From Pumilibacteraceae bacterium (GTDB lineage: Bacteria; Bacillota; Clostridia; Christensenellales; Pumilibacteraceae), in the NCBI GenBank assembly GCA_045532295.1, contig JAZSFP010000004.1, positions 796-24,795 on the forward strand: a stretch of DNA of 24,000 bases. The letters run 5' to 3'. The notes beneath the pieces were generated by a model that saw nothing but the letters and a program-made list of their open reading frames with translations, searched no databases and had not been told where the DNA came from. Positions 15,380 through 22,274 of this stretch are shown piece by piece (the stretch's first letter is position 1; every line of letters starts with the position of its first letter). The position numbers and the translations under genes were made by a program.

Positions 15380-16174
15380 TTACAAGTTTTTCAAGTTAAA
15401 TACCCTTATTGCGTTCTTGTAAAAAATCTGCTCTCTCTCCTCTTCGGTTAAGCCCAAAGCGTTAAAGCGCGCCATTTCCTCGTCAATCTTCCACATAGGA
15501 AAATCGGTAGCGAAAAGCACTCTTTGTGCGCCGTACTTTCTTATAACGGCGGTAGCGGTTTGAGGGGAAATCATTGCAAGCGAACTTGAACAATCCACGA
15601 AAACCTGCTTATAGGGCGCAAGTTTTTCCACCGCCTCTTCCCAAACGGAATATCCGCCGAGGTGCGCGGCAATTACCGTAAGATTTGGGAAACGCTCCAA
15701 AACGCTTATGAGGTTTTCGGGGTTAGAATAATTGTAACGGCTATCGCCTGCGTGGATAAGCAAGGGAATTTTGCCCTCGATTGCGCGGTAAATCTTGTCG
15801 CATCGTGGGTCGTCAAGCGCGATTGCTTGAATATCGGGGTGGAGTTTTACGCCGTGAAGATTGAGCGATATAATCTCTTCCACTTCGCTTTCCACCTCTT
15901 CGCTATCGGGGTGGAGCGTTCCAAGTCCGATAAAGCGGTCGGGACGGCTTTTAACCATATCCGCAATAAAGTGGTTTATGGATCGGACTTGCGAGGGCTT
16001 AGTTGCAACGGAGAAAATAACGGAGTGCGTTACGCCGTTCTTCTCACTCTCGCTTATAAGCGTTTCCACTCGTCCGTCGTAGTCCATCGGGATAGAATAG
16101 AACTTGCCTATGCTCTCCACTGCTTTTTCAACGATTTTCTCGGGGTAAATATGGCAATGACAGTCGATAATCAT
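15380..16174 (-). CDS. TIM-barrel metal-dependent hydrolase (amidohydrolase-2 / COG2159-like)
   Basis: 264 aa with N-terminal IIDCHCH (HxH metal motif), later HLGG and FATDFP. It is the last gene of the Leu T-box unit, starting 4 nt after the upstream stop. Confidence 0.7.
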   Translation of the reverse strand: MIIDCHCHIYPEKIVEKAVESIGKFYSIPMDYDGRVETLISESEKNGVTHSVIFSVATKPSQVRSINHFIADMVKSRPDRFIGLGTLHPDSEEVESEVEEIISLNLHGVKLHPDIQAIALDDPRCDKIYRAIEGKIPLLIHAGDSRYNYSNPENLISVLERFPNLTVIAAHLGGYSVWEEAVEKLAPYKQVFVDCSSSLAMISPQTATAVIRKYGAQRVLFATDFPMWKIDEEMARFNALGLTEEEREQIFYKNAIRVFNLKNL

Positions 16175-16177
16175 ACC

Positions 16178-18631
16178 TTACCCCTTTATGCCGAGCATTT
16201 CCACGCTCTGCTCTTTCATCTTATATTTAAGAATTTTGCCCGCAGCGTTCATCGGGAATTCTTTGACGAACACGAAGTAACGGGGTACTTTGTGTTTAGC
16301 CATATTAGCGTTACCGTACTCGCGCATTTCCGCCTCGTCCGCCGTTTCGCCTTTTTTAAGGATTATCCAAGCGCAACATTCTTCGCCGTATCTCTCGTCG
16401 GGAACGCCCACTACTTGCACGTCGCGAACTTTTTGGTGAGTAAGATAGAACTCTTCAATCTCGCGAGGATAGAGGTTTTCGCCACCGCGAATAATCATAT
16501 CTTTAAGTCTGCCCGTAACCTTATAGTATCCGTCCGCAGTTTTGCAACAGATATCTCCGCTATGGAGCCAGCCTTCTCTATCAATCGCCTCGCTGGTTGC
16601 TTTGGGCATTTTGTAATAGCCTTTCATTATATTATAACCGCGCGCAACGAACTCGCCGTTCTCACCGTCGGGAACTTCCTCGCCCGTTTCGGGGACGATA
16701 ACCTTACACTCAACGCCGGGGAAAGCCGAGCCTACCGTTTCCACTCTATGCTCTTCGTCCTCGTTGACTTCGCCCATAGTGCACCCGGGGCTTGCCTCGG
16801 TCTGACCGTAAACGCTGATTATCTCGCGCATATTCATTTCCGCCGACGCTCTGCGCATAAGGTCTGCCGGACAGTTCGCCCCTGCCATTATTCCCGTTCG
16901 CATATACGAAAAGTCCGTTTTAGCAAAGTCGGGGTGGTTGAACATAGCGATAAACATCGTGGGAACGCCGTTAAAGGCGGTAATATGCTCGTCGTTTACG
17001 CAAGCAAGCGAACTTTTTGGCGAGAAGTAGGGCATAGGACACATAGTTACGCCGTGCGTCATACTGTTCGTCATTGAAAGCACCATACCAAAGCAATGGA
17101 ACATAGGTACTTGTATCATCATTCTGTCCGCCGTGGACATATCCATTCTGTCGCCTATGATTTTACCGTTGTTGACGATATTGCGATGAGTGAGCATTAC
17201 GCCTTTAGGAAAGCCCGTAGTACCCGAAGTGTACTGCATATTGCACACGTCGTCGGGGCGAACGAGCGCGGCGCGTCTTCTAACCTCTTCGTCAGGAACG
17301 AGAACGCTCCTCTTCATAAAGTCTTCCCACTCTAAGCATCCGTCCATATTAAAGCCTACCGTTATTACGTTGCGAAGGAAAGGCAAGGTCTTTGAGTAAA
17401 GGGGCTGGGCGGGGGTTAAATTTTTAAGTTCGGGACAAAGTTCTTCGATTATTTCTTTATAGTTACTGTCCTTGCAACTGTCAATCATAACGAGCGTATG
17501 CGTGTCGGACTGACGGAGGAGGTACTCTGCCTCGTGGATTTTATAAGCGGTATTAACCGTAACGAGAACCGCGCCGATTTTTACCGTCGCCCAGAAGGTA
17601 AGATACCACTGAGGAATATTCGTCGCCCAAATTGCCACGTGGTGTCCGGGGCGCACGCCAAGGGATATAAGTGAGGCGGCTACTTTATCCACTTCGTCAC
17701 GGAATTCGCGATAGGTACGCGTATAATCGTGCGTGGTATACTTAAAAGCGTACTGGTCGGGATAATGCTCTACCATAGTGTCGAGAACCTCGGAAAAGGT
17801 AAGGTCGAGAACTTCGTACTTTTTCCAAGGGTGCGTTCCGCTCTTATCTCTATTATAGAAAATTTCCTTGGGTTTTGCGCTCGCCCGTTCAATCGAACTC
17901 ATAAAACTTTCAAAGTGCGTGAGCAAAATATCGGGGTTAGTAACCTCGCCGGCGGAAAGCGCGCAGATATAACCGTCGTAGTTAAGGGAACGGAGCGCGC
18001 TTATAAACTCGCCTACGGGCAGTTCGCCCTCGCCCATAAGCGTGTCTTCGCCATCAAGCATATCGCCGATTTTAACGTACTCAATGTACGCGCCCAAAGT
18101 CTGAATAGTGCGGTCGGCAGTCTCTTTCGCTCTAAAGAAGGTCTCGCGGATATTCCAGCACACCTTTACCGACGCCGAGCCCAGCATACCTATAACGCCC
18201 AAGATTTTCTCAGTGTGAGCAAGCGCGTTCGCCGTCTCTATTAAAATATCAACGCCGTACTCTTCCGCCGTCTTTATTACAGGGGTAAAGATTTCCTTGA
18301 TTTTTTCCTCCGTAATTTCGCCAAAGGTAACCACGACGCCCGGAGCAGTTACGCGTCCTGCTTGCTTAATCGTTTCGATAATATCCTGAGGGTTGGTGTT
18401 TTGGTCGATAATCTTGGGATAGCCCACTACCGCTATGGCAATTCTGCGGTTGATAAGTTTGCGCTTTTGGTCAACGGTAAGTTCCTCGCGGAAAATACTG
18501 TCCGCGTGCGCGCTAATCTGTTCTTCTATCGACGATATTTCAAAGCCCGAAAACCCGTAATGCGCCGTAGCGGTGCAAAGTTCAAGGAAACTTTTAGTGG
18601 GTACGAGCGAAGTAGAAAATGCAAGTTTCAT
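16178..18631 (-). CDS. Fusion protein: xylose-isomerase-like TIM barrel (N-terminal ~250 aa) + AMP-dependent acyl-CoA ligase (FadD/ACSF2-like)
   Basis: 817 aa. The N-terminal part (GFSGFEIS...VVVTFG...DILIETAN...VCWNIRETF...YVKIGD...GELPVGEFISALRSLNYDGYI) looks like the AP-endonuclease-2/xylose-isomerase fold. The C-terminal part has YTSGTTGFPKGVMLTH, YGQTE, LHSGD, RGGENLYPREIE and AAGKILK. The 471-aa plus-strand ORF at 15662-17077 is an antisense shadow. Confidence 0.8.
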   Translation of the reverse strand: MKLAFSTSLVPTKSFLELCTATAHYGFSGFEISSIEEQISAHADSIFREELTVDQKRKLINRRIAIAVVGYPKIIDQNTNPQDIIETIKQAGRVTAPGVVVTFGEITEEKIKEIFTPVIKTAEEYGVDILIETANALAHTEKILGVIGMLGSASVKVCWNIRETFFRAKETADRTIQTLGAYIEYVKIGDMLDGEDTLMGEGELPVGEFISALRSLNYDGYICALSAGEVTNPDILLTHFESFMSSIERASAKPKEIFYNRDKSGTHPWKKYEVLDLTFSEVLDTMVEHYPDQYAFKYTTHDYTRTYREFRDEVDKVAASLISLGVRPGHHVAIWATNIPQWYLTFWATVKIGAVLVTVNTAYKIHEAEYLLRQSDTHTLVMIDSCKDSNYKEIIEELCPELKNLTPAQPLYSKTLPFLRNVITVGFNMDGCLEWEDFMKRSVLVPDEEVRRRAALVRPDDVCNMQYTSGTTGFPKGVMLTHRNIVNNGKIIGDRMDMSTADRMMIQVPMFHCFGMVLSMTNSMTHGVTMCPMPYFSPKSSLACVNDEHITAFNGVPTMFIAMFNHPDFAKTDFSYMRTGIMAGANCPADLMRRASAEMNMREIISVYGQTEASPGCTMGEVNEDEEHRVETVGSAFPGVECKVIVPETGEEVPDGENGEFVARGYNIMKGYYKMPKATSEAIDREGWLHSGDICCKTADGYYKVTGRLKDMIIRGGENLYPREIEEFYLTHQKVRDVQVVGVPDERYGEECCAWIILKKGETADEAEMREYGNANMAKHKVPRYFVFVKEFPMNAAGKILKYKMKEQSVEMLGIKG

Positions 18632-18633
18632 AG

Positions 18634-19992
18634 TTATTTTTCCTCGTGTACGATTTTGTTAAGGGCGTTTACGTACGCGCGAACGCACGCTCCGATAATG
18701 TCGGTTGAAACGCCGTTGCCGGGGTAAAGTTTTCCGTTAGCGCGAAGTCTAATGATGGCCGAGCCTACCGCCTCTCTGCCTTTCGTGATTGCGGAAATGC
18801 GGAAGTCGTCAAGTTCGTAATGGTGTCCTACGACCTGCTCAATTGCGTGGAACACCGCGTCGATAGGACCGTCGCCCGTGCTTACTCCGCTAAAACGCTC
18901 GCCGTTCTTCTCAAGCGTTACGTTCGCAGTCGCCGAAATTATGCTACCGCTGTTTACAACGTAACTAACGAGGTGATAGGTAGAAGGCGCTTGCATAGCG
19001 GTGGAGGCGATTACTGCCTCAAGTTCACGCTTGTCAACCGACTTTTTGCGAACGGTAAGACGCTTAAATTCGTCGTAAACCTTGCCCGTGTCCTCGTCCG
19101 TAAGTTCGTATCCAAGCGATTTTATTACCGCGCTAACCTCAGAAAGCGTGCTTGAAGAGGAAAGTTTAACCGTCTTTTCCTCCTCCTCGCTCTCTTTTTC
19201 CGTTACCGCGCTTGCTTGCTCGCTAATGTTTTTAATGGAAGTGATATCAATGTTTGCGCTCGCGTTGAGCGTACCGCCCTTTGCTCTAATAACCTCGGCA
19301 AAAACCGCTGGGCGAAGGAACGCTCCGCTAATGGAAGTTACCACACCGTCCGCGCCACTCTCAATAGCCTTAATAGCGTTCGCGCTCGCTAAAGAAAGAG
19401 CGTCCGAGGGACAAGCAATGACGGAAATTTTCGATACCGTATTGATTTTTTCGAGCATTTTTGCGTAATCTTCGGGAAAAGCCTCGCCTGCCTCGTCGTA
19501 AATAATTACTCCGCTTGCGCCCTTCTCTTCTACCGCTTTAACGCACTTTTCGATAAAGCCTTCCTCCGCTCTAAAAGCGTCGGTGAGCATAACGAAAACC
19601 TCACTACATTTTGCTTTTGCGCACTCGGTAAGCAACGCTATTTTTTCAAGCATAGCCGAGGCTTTAAGATGATATTTGTACTCCATAGTCGCAGTGGAAA
19701 CGGGCATAGACACTACGAGCGCAGGGGCAACCGCTCCCTTAACGCAAGCATAGGCGCGCTCTATTCCCTTTTCGCTATCGCCTACCTCTACGGCAACTTT
19801 TGCGTTTTTAACGGACTCAGCGAGCGTTTTGTAGATTACTTCGCTCTCTTTACTAACGCCGGGGAAAGGCAAATAAATAATATCCACTCCGCTCTTGTCA
19901 AGTAGCGCGCATAGGTTTAGTCTTTCACGGAAGGTAAAGTTTTCCTTCTCAATGGTCTTGAGCGTTGCGTCTATAGTAATGATTTTTTTCAT
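18634..19992 (-). CDS. 2-isopropylmalate-synthase-like protein (DRE-TIM barrel + LeuA C-terminal regulatory domain) with non-canonical active-site residues
   Basis: 452 aa with AGGAGG 9 nt upstream of the ATG. It is collinear with LeuA, but IDATLKTIEKE replaces FDTTLRDGEQ and SVIACPSDALSLASANAIKAIESGA replaces [23 protein letters not shown]. The C-terminus (GVSTGDGPIDAVFHAIE...ISAITKGREAVGSAIIRL...GNGVSTDIIGACVRAYVNALNK) matches the LeuA dimerisation and Leu-binding domain pattern. Confidence 0.75.
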   Translation of the reverse strand: MKKIITIDATLKTIEKENFTFRERLNLCALLDKSGVDIIYLPFPGVSKESEVIYKTLAESVKNAKVAVEVGDSEKGIERAYACVKGAVAPALVVSMPVSTATMEYKYHLKASAMLEKIALLTECAKAKCSEVFVMLTDAFRAEEGFIEKCVKAVEEKGASGVIIYDEAGEAFPEDYAKMLEKINTVSKISVIACPSDALSLASANAIKAIESGADGVVTSISGAFLRPAVFAEVIRAKGGTLNASANIDITSIKNISEQASAVTEKESEEEEKTVKLSSSSTLSEVSAVIKSLGYELTDEDTGKVYDEFKRLTVRKKSVDKRELEAVIASTAMQAPSTYHLVSYVVNSGSIISATANVTLEKNGERFSGVSTGDGPIDAVFHAIEQVVGHHYELDDFRISAITKGREAVGSAIIRLRANGKLYPGNGVSTDIIGACVRAYVNALNKIVHEEK

Positions 19993-20019
19993 AATTTATT
20001 GCCTCCTAAAGTCAAATAC

Positions 20020-20292
20020 ATAAACAAAACCCGCAGATGAGAAGATTTCCTTCTCTTCTGCGGGATGATTACAAAGAACCACGGTACCACCCGTCATTGC
20101 CGTAAAATACGACCTCTTATAGAACTCCAACAAGTCCGTTCGCTATAACGGGCGCGCCCGTAATTCCTTACTATAAGTTCCGGAATTCCGCTCCGATACG
20201 AGACTGCTATCCCGTCCGCCCGTTATCTCGCACCAACCGATAACTCTCTGAAGGGTTTTTGACGACACGCATAATATCTTCACAGCGTTTAT
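20020..20292 (-). promoter_or_regulatory. T-box riboswitch leader, specifier CUC (Leu)
   Basis: Read on the minus strand. GA/K-turn: CGCT-GTGAA-GATA pairs with TATC-GGA-GCG. AG bay: AGAGAG. Distal stem TTATC/GATAA has a loop containing GGTGCGA. Specifier loop: GCAG-U-CUC-G-UAUC, with the codon at the complement of 20200-20202. T-box motif: AATGACGGGTGGTACCGTGG (complement of 20079-20098). Terminator: CCCGCAGAAGAGAAG/CTTCTCATCTGCGGG (20030-20064, one mismatch) plus TTTTGTTTAT. Confidence 0.9.
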
Positions 20293-20298
20293 GGTGGT

Positions 20299-20327
20299 AT
20301 ATTATCATTTTTGAAAAAATATGTCAA
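20299..20327 (-). promoter_or_regulatory. SigA-type promoter of the Leu T-box unit
   Basis: Minus strand: TTGACA (20327-20322), a 17 nt spacer, then TAATAT (20304-20299). Confidence 0.75.
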
Positions 20328-20410
20328 CCGTTTTCACGGGTTTTTAAATATTTTTTTACAAGGCAATGGAGCAATAGATGAGTGATTAGCAAATTCATTG
20401 CGGTTTAACG

Positions 20411-20488
20411 AGAAAAATACAAAAAAGACGAGTGTTCTCTCGAAGGCGCATACGGTTCATCGTCTGTAACTGAGAGAAACACGAAGAC
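20411..20488 (-). terminator. Probable rho-independent terminator of the transporter gene
   Basis: Minus strand: GTCTTCGTGTTTCTCTC pairs with GAGAGAACACTCGTC (arms at 20472-20488 and 20427-20441, with one bulge). The loop is unusually large at ~30 nt. TTTTTTGTATTTTT follows. Confidence 0.5.
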
Positions 20489-20542
20489 TTTTGTAGTATT
20501 TTTCCGTTAAAAATCAGTCAAATATTGCGACAGTGCCTTTAT

Positions 20543-21460
20543 CTACAAATTTGCTAAAACGCAGGCTACGATAGCAAGAACGAGTCCAACGGTGTTTTTT
20601 ACCGTTATTTTTTCTTTAAATAGTATAATATCCACTACGAACACCATAATAAGACCTACTGCGTAACTGAGCGGATAAACGATTCCCGCGTCCAAAAGTC
20701 CAGTAGCAAGCGTCATAAGAACTTGGAAAGCGTAGAGCGTAACGGAGGCTATTACGATAAGGTACCAAACCTTGCCGATAGGGAATTTTTCCTTTTCCCT
20801 ACTCTCTTCCGTTTCCGTTGCTTGAACTTTTTGCTTTTGGCTAAGCGTAATGATAAGATAGTAAATCACGAAACCTACGAACGCAAAGAGGAAAGTAAGG
20901 AAGTTGAAGTAATTGATATTCGCGCTATCGTAATTTGCGAAGAGTTTTTGGGAAAGGGACACGCCTGCCATAGAAAGAACGACGAGCGCCATAAGTATCC
21001 ACTTAACCACACCGCCCTTTTTCTCTTCGCCGTTGCCCTTGCCCGAGAAAAGCACCGCTGAAACGATAAGGAGCGCGGTCGCGAGCAGTTGCCAAATAGA
21101 AACCGTCTCGCCGGGGAAAAGCACGGGCGCAAGCAGAACGGGGATTATTACTCCGCCAAGGGTTGAGAACACTTCAATAAGCGAGACGGAGGCGTAGGAA
21201 GTCGCCATAATCCACACGAAAAGGATAAGCGCGTTAGCAATACCCGAGAGAAGTATTATAAGATAGCCTTCCGCCCCGGTCGTTACCGTTGCTCCGCCGA
21301 TAAGCCATATTAAAAGTCCGACGAGCGCGCAAATACCGCTACGGCAGAGATTAATAAGCACGCTATTCTTTGCCCCGGGGGCGTTCATAGCGCAGTATTT
21401 CATTGCAACGATTTTGCCCGTTGCCGATAGTTTTGAAAGAATAAGATATAAGTAGCCCAT
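20543..21460 (-). CDS. Polytopic membrane protein, DMT/EamA-like transporter
   Basis: 305 aa with about 10 hydrophobic segments in two halves, separated by a charged loop (GNGEEKKGG). A second charged loop is QKQKVQATETEESREKEK. The family call rests on topology and composition only. Confidence 0.55.
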   Translation of the reverse strand: MGYLYLILSKLSATGKIVAMKYCAMNAPGAKNSVLINLCRSGICALVGLLIWLIGGATVTTGAEGYLIILLSGIANALILFVWIMATSYASVSLIEVFSTLGGVIIPVLLAPVLFPGETVSIWQLLATALLIVSAVLFSGKGNGEEKKGGVVKWILMALVVLSMAGVSLSQKLFANYDSANINYFNFLTFLFAFVGFVIYYLIITLSQKQKVQATETEESREKEKFPIGKVWYLIVIASVTLYAFQVLMTLATGLLDAGIVYPLSYAVGLIMVFVVDIILFKEKITVKNTVGLVLAIVACVLANL

Positions 21461-21489
21461 AGATATACCTTCTTTATCGTAATAAAGTA

Positions 21490-21518
21490 ATTATAGCATA
21501 TACTTTCGTAAAAAACAA
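21490..21518 (-). promoter_or_regulatory. Candidate promoter for the transporter gene
   Basis: Minus strand: TTGTTT-N17-TATAAT. GAAGG lies 7 nt upstream of the ATG at 21460. Confidence 0.45.
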
Positions 21519-21540
21519 GGATTTTAGTAAGGGAAAACGC

Positions 21541-21569
21541 TTGTTTTTTTGTTTTCGTTAGTGTATAAT
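21541..21569 (+). promoter_or_regulatory. Candidate promoter for the hydrolase/glycosidase unit
   Basis: TTGTTT (21541-21546), a 17 nt spacer, then TATAAT (21564-21569). The two divergent -35 hexamers lie in the arms of a 10-bp A/T-rich inverted repeat (21510-21519 and 21540-21549). Confidence 0.45.
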
Positions 21570-21591
21570 ACTTCCAAGGAGTGTGAAACTT

Positions 21592-22257
21592 ATGGAACTT
21601 AAAAATTTCGAGGGGATGAACTACTATATTTCTATGCCGAAAAGCGCGGAAAAACCCTGTCCGCTTATTCTATTTTTACACGGAGCAGGCACGCGTGGCG
21701 AAGACCCTTCTATCATATTAGGTAACGCTTTCGTTACTATCACCAACGAGAAGGAAAACTTCCCGTTCATTAGGGTTATGCCTCACTGCAACGGGCTTAA
21801 CACTTGGTTTGACTTTGGCGAAAGGCTAAAGCGGTTCGTTCTCTATCTCGCCTCGCTATCGGCGGTTGACGAAGAGCAGATTTTCGTTATGGGCAACAGT
21901 ATGGGCGGATACGGGACTTGGGCGCTTGGCGAATCTATCCCGCATCTTTTAGCAGGTATCGTACCCATTTGCGGTGGCGGTAAGCCTTGGAATAGCGGTA
22001 TGCTCGTCTCCACTCCCGTTTGGGCTTTCCACGGCAAAGACGACGACGTAGTGGACGTAGTGGAAAGCATTAAAATGTGCGAGAGCATTAACGCTATGGG
22101 CGGACGAGCGCGTCTTACTTTGTACGATAATACTTACCACGACTCTTGGACGGCGACTTATAAGTCTGACGAAGTGTTCTCGTGGCTACTAACGCTTCGC
22201 AACGAAAAGGCTAAAAAGTTCGTAAATAATTATAACGGTAGTGAAAATTTCGGTTAA
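21592..22257 (+). CDS. Alpha/beta-hydrolase-fold esterase (carboxylesterase/dienelactone-hydrolase-like)
   Basis: Motifs are LILFLHGAG, the nucleophile elbow GNSMGG, AFHGKDDDVV and a late His (YHDSW). I moved the start from the track's GTG at 21583, which abuts the RBS, to ATG 21592, 9 nt after AAGGAG. Confidence 0.7.
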   Translation: MELKNFEGMNYYISMPKSAEKPCPLILFLHGAGTRGEDPSIILGNAFVTITNEKENFPFIRVMPHCNGLNTWFDFGERLKRFVLYLASLSAVDEEQIFVMGNSMGGYGTWALGESIPHLLAGIVPICGGGKPWNSGMLVSTPVWAFHGKDDDVVDVVESIKMCESINAMGGRARLTLYDNTYHDSWTATYKSDEVFSWLLTLRNEKAKKFVNNYNGSENFG

Positions 22258-22274
22258 ACCAACGGAGAAAATTT

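Noticed and set aside
15662-17077. 471-aa ORF on the plus strand, the longest plus-strand ORF in the centre of the window
   Set aside because: It lies antisense across the junction of two well-supported minus-strand genes (amidohydrolase and TIM::ligase). It has no RBS and a skewed composition rich in R, F, V and H, with no recognisable motif. This is a typical shadow ORF.
21510-21549. 10-bp A/T-rich inverted repeat (AAAAAACAAG / CTTGTTTTTT) between the divergent transporter and hydrolase genes, considered as a regulatory hairpin or operator
   Set aside because: The stem is almost pure A/T with a 20-nt loop, so it would be thermodynamically weak. The arms coincide with the two candidate -35 hexamers, so the symmetry may simply reflect back-to-back promoters.
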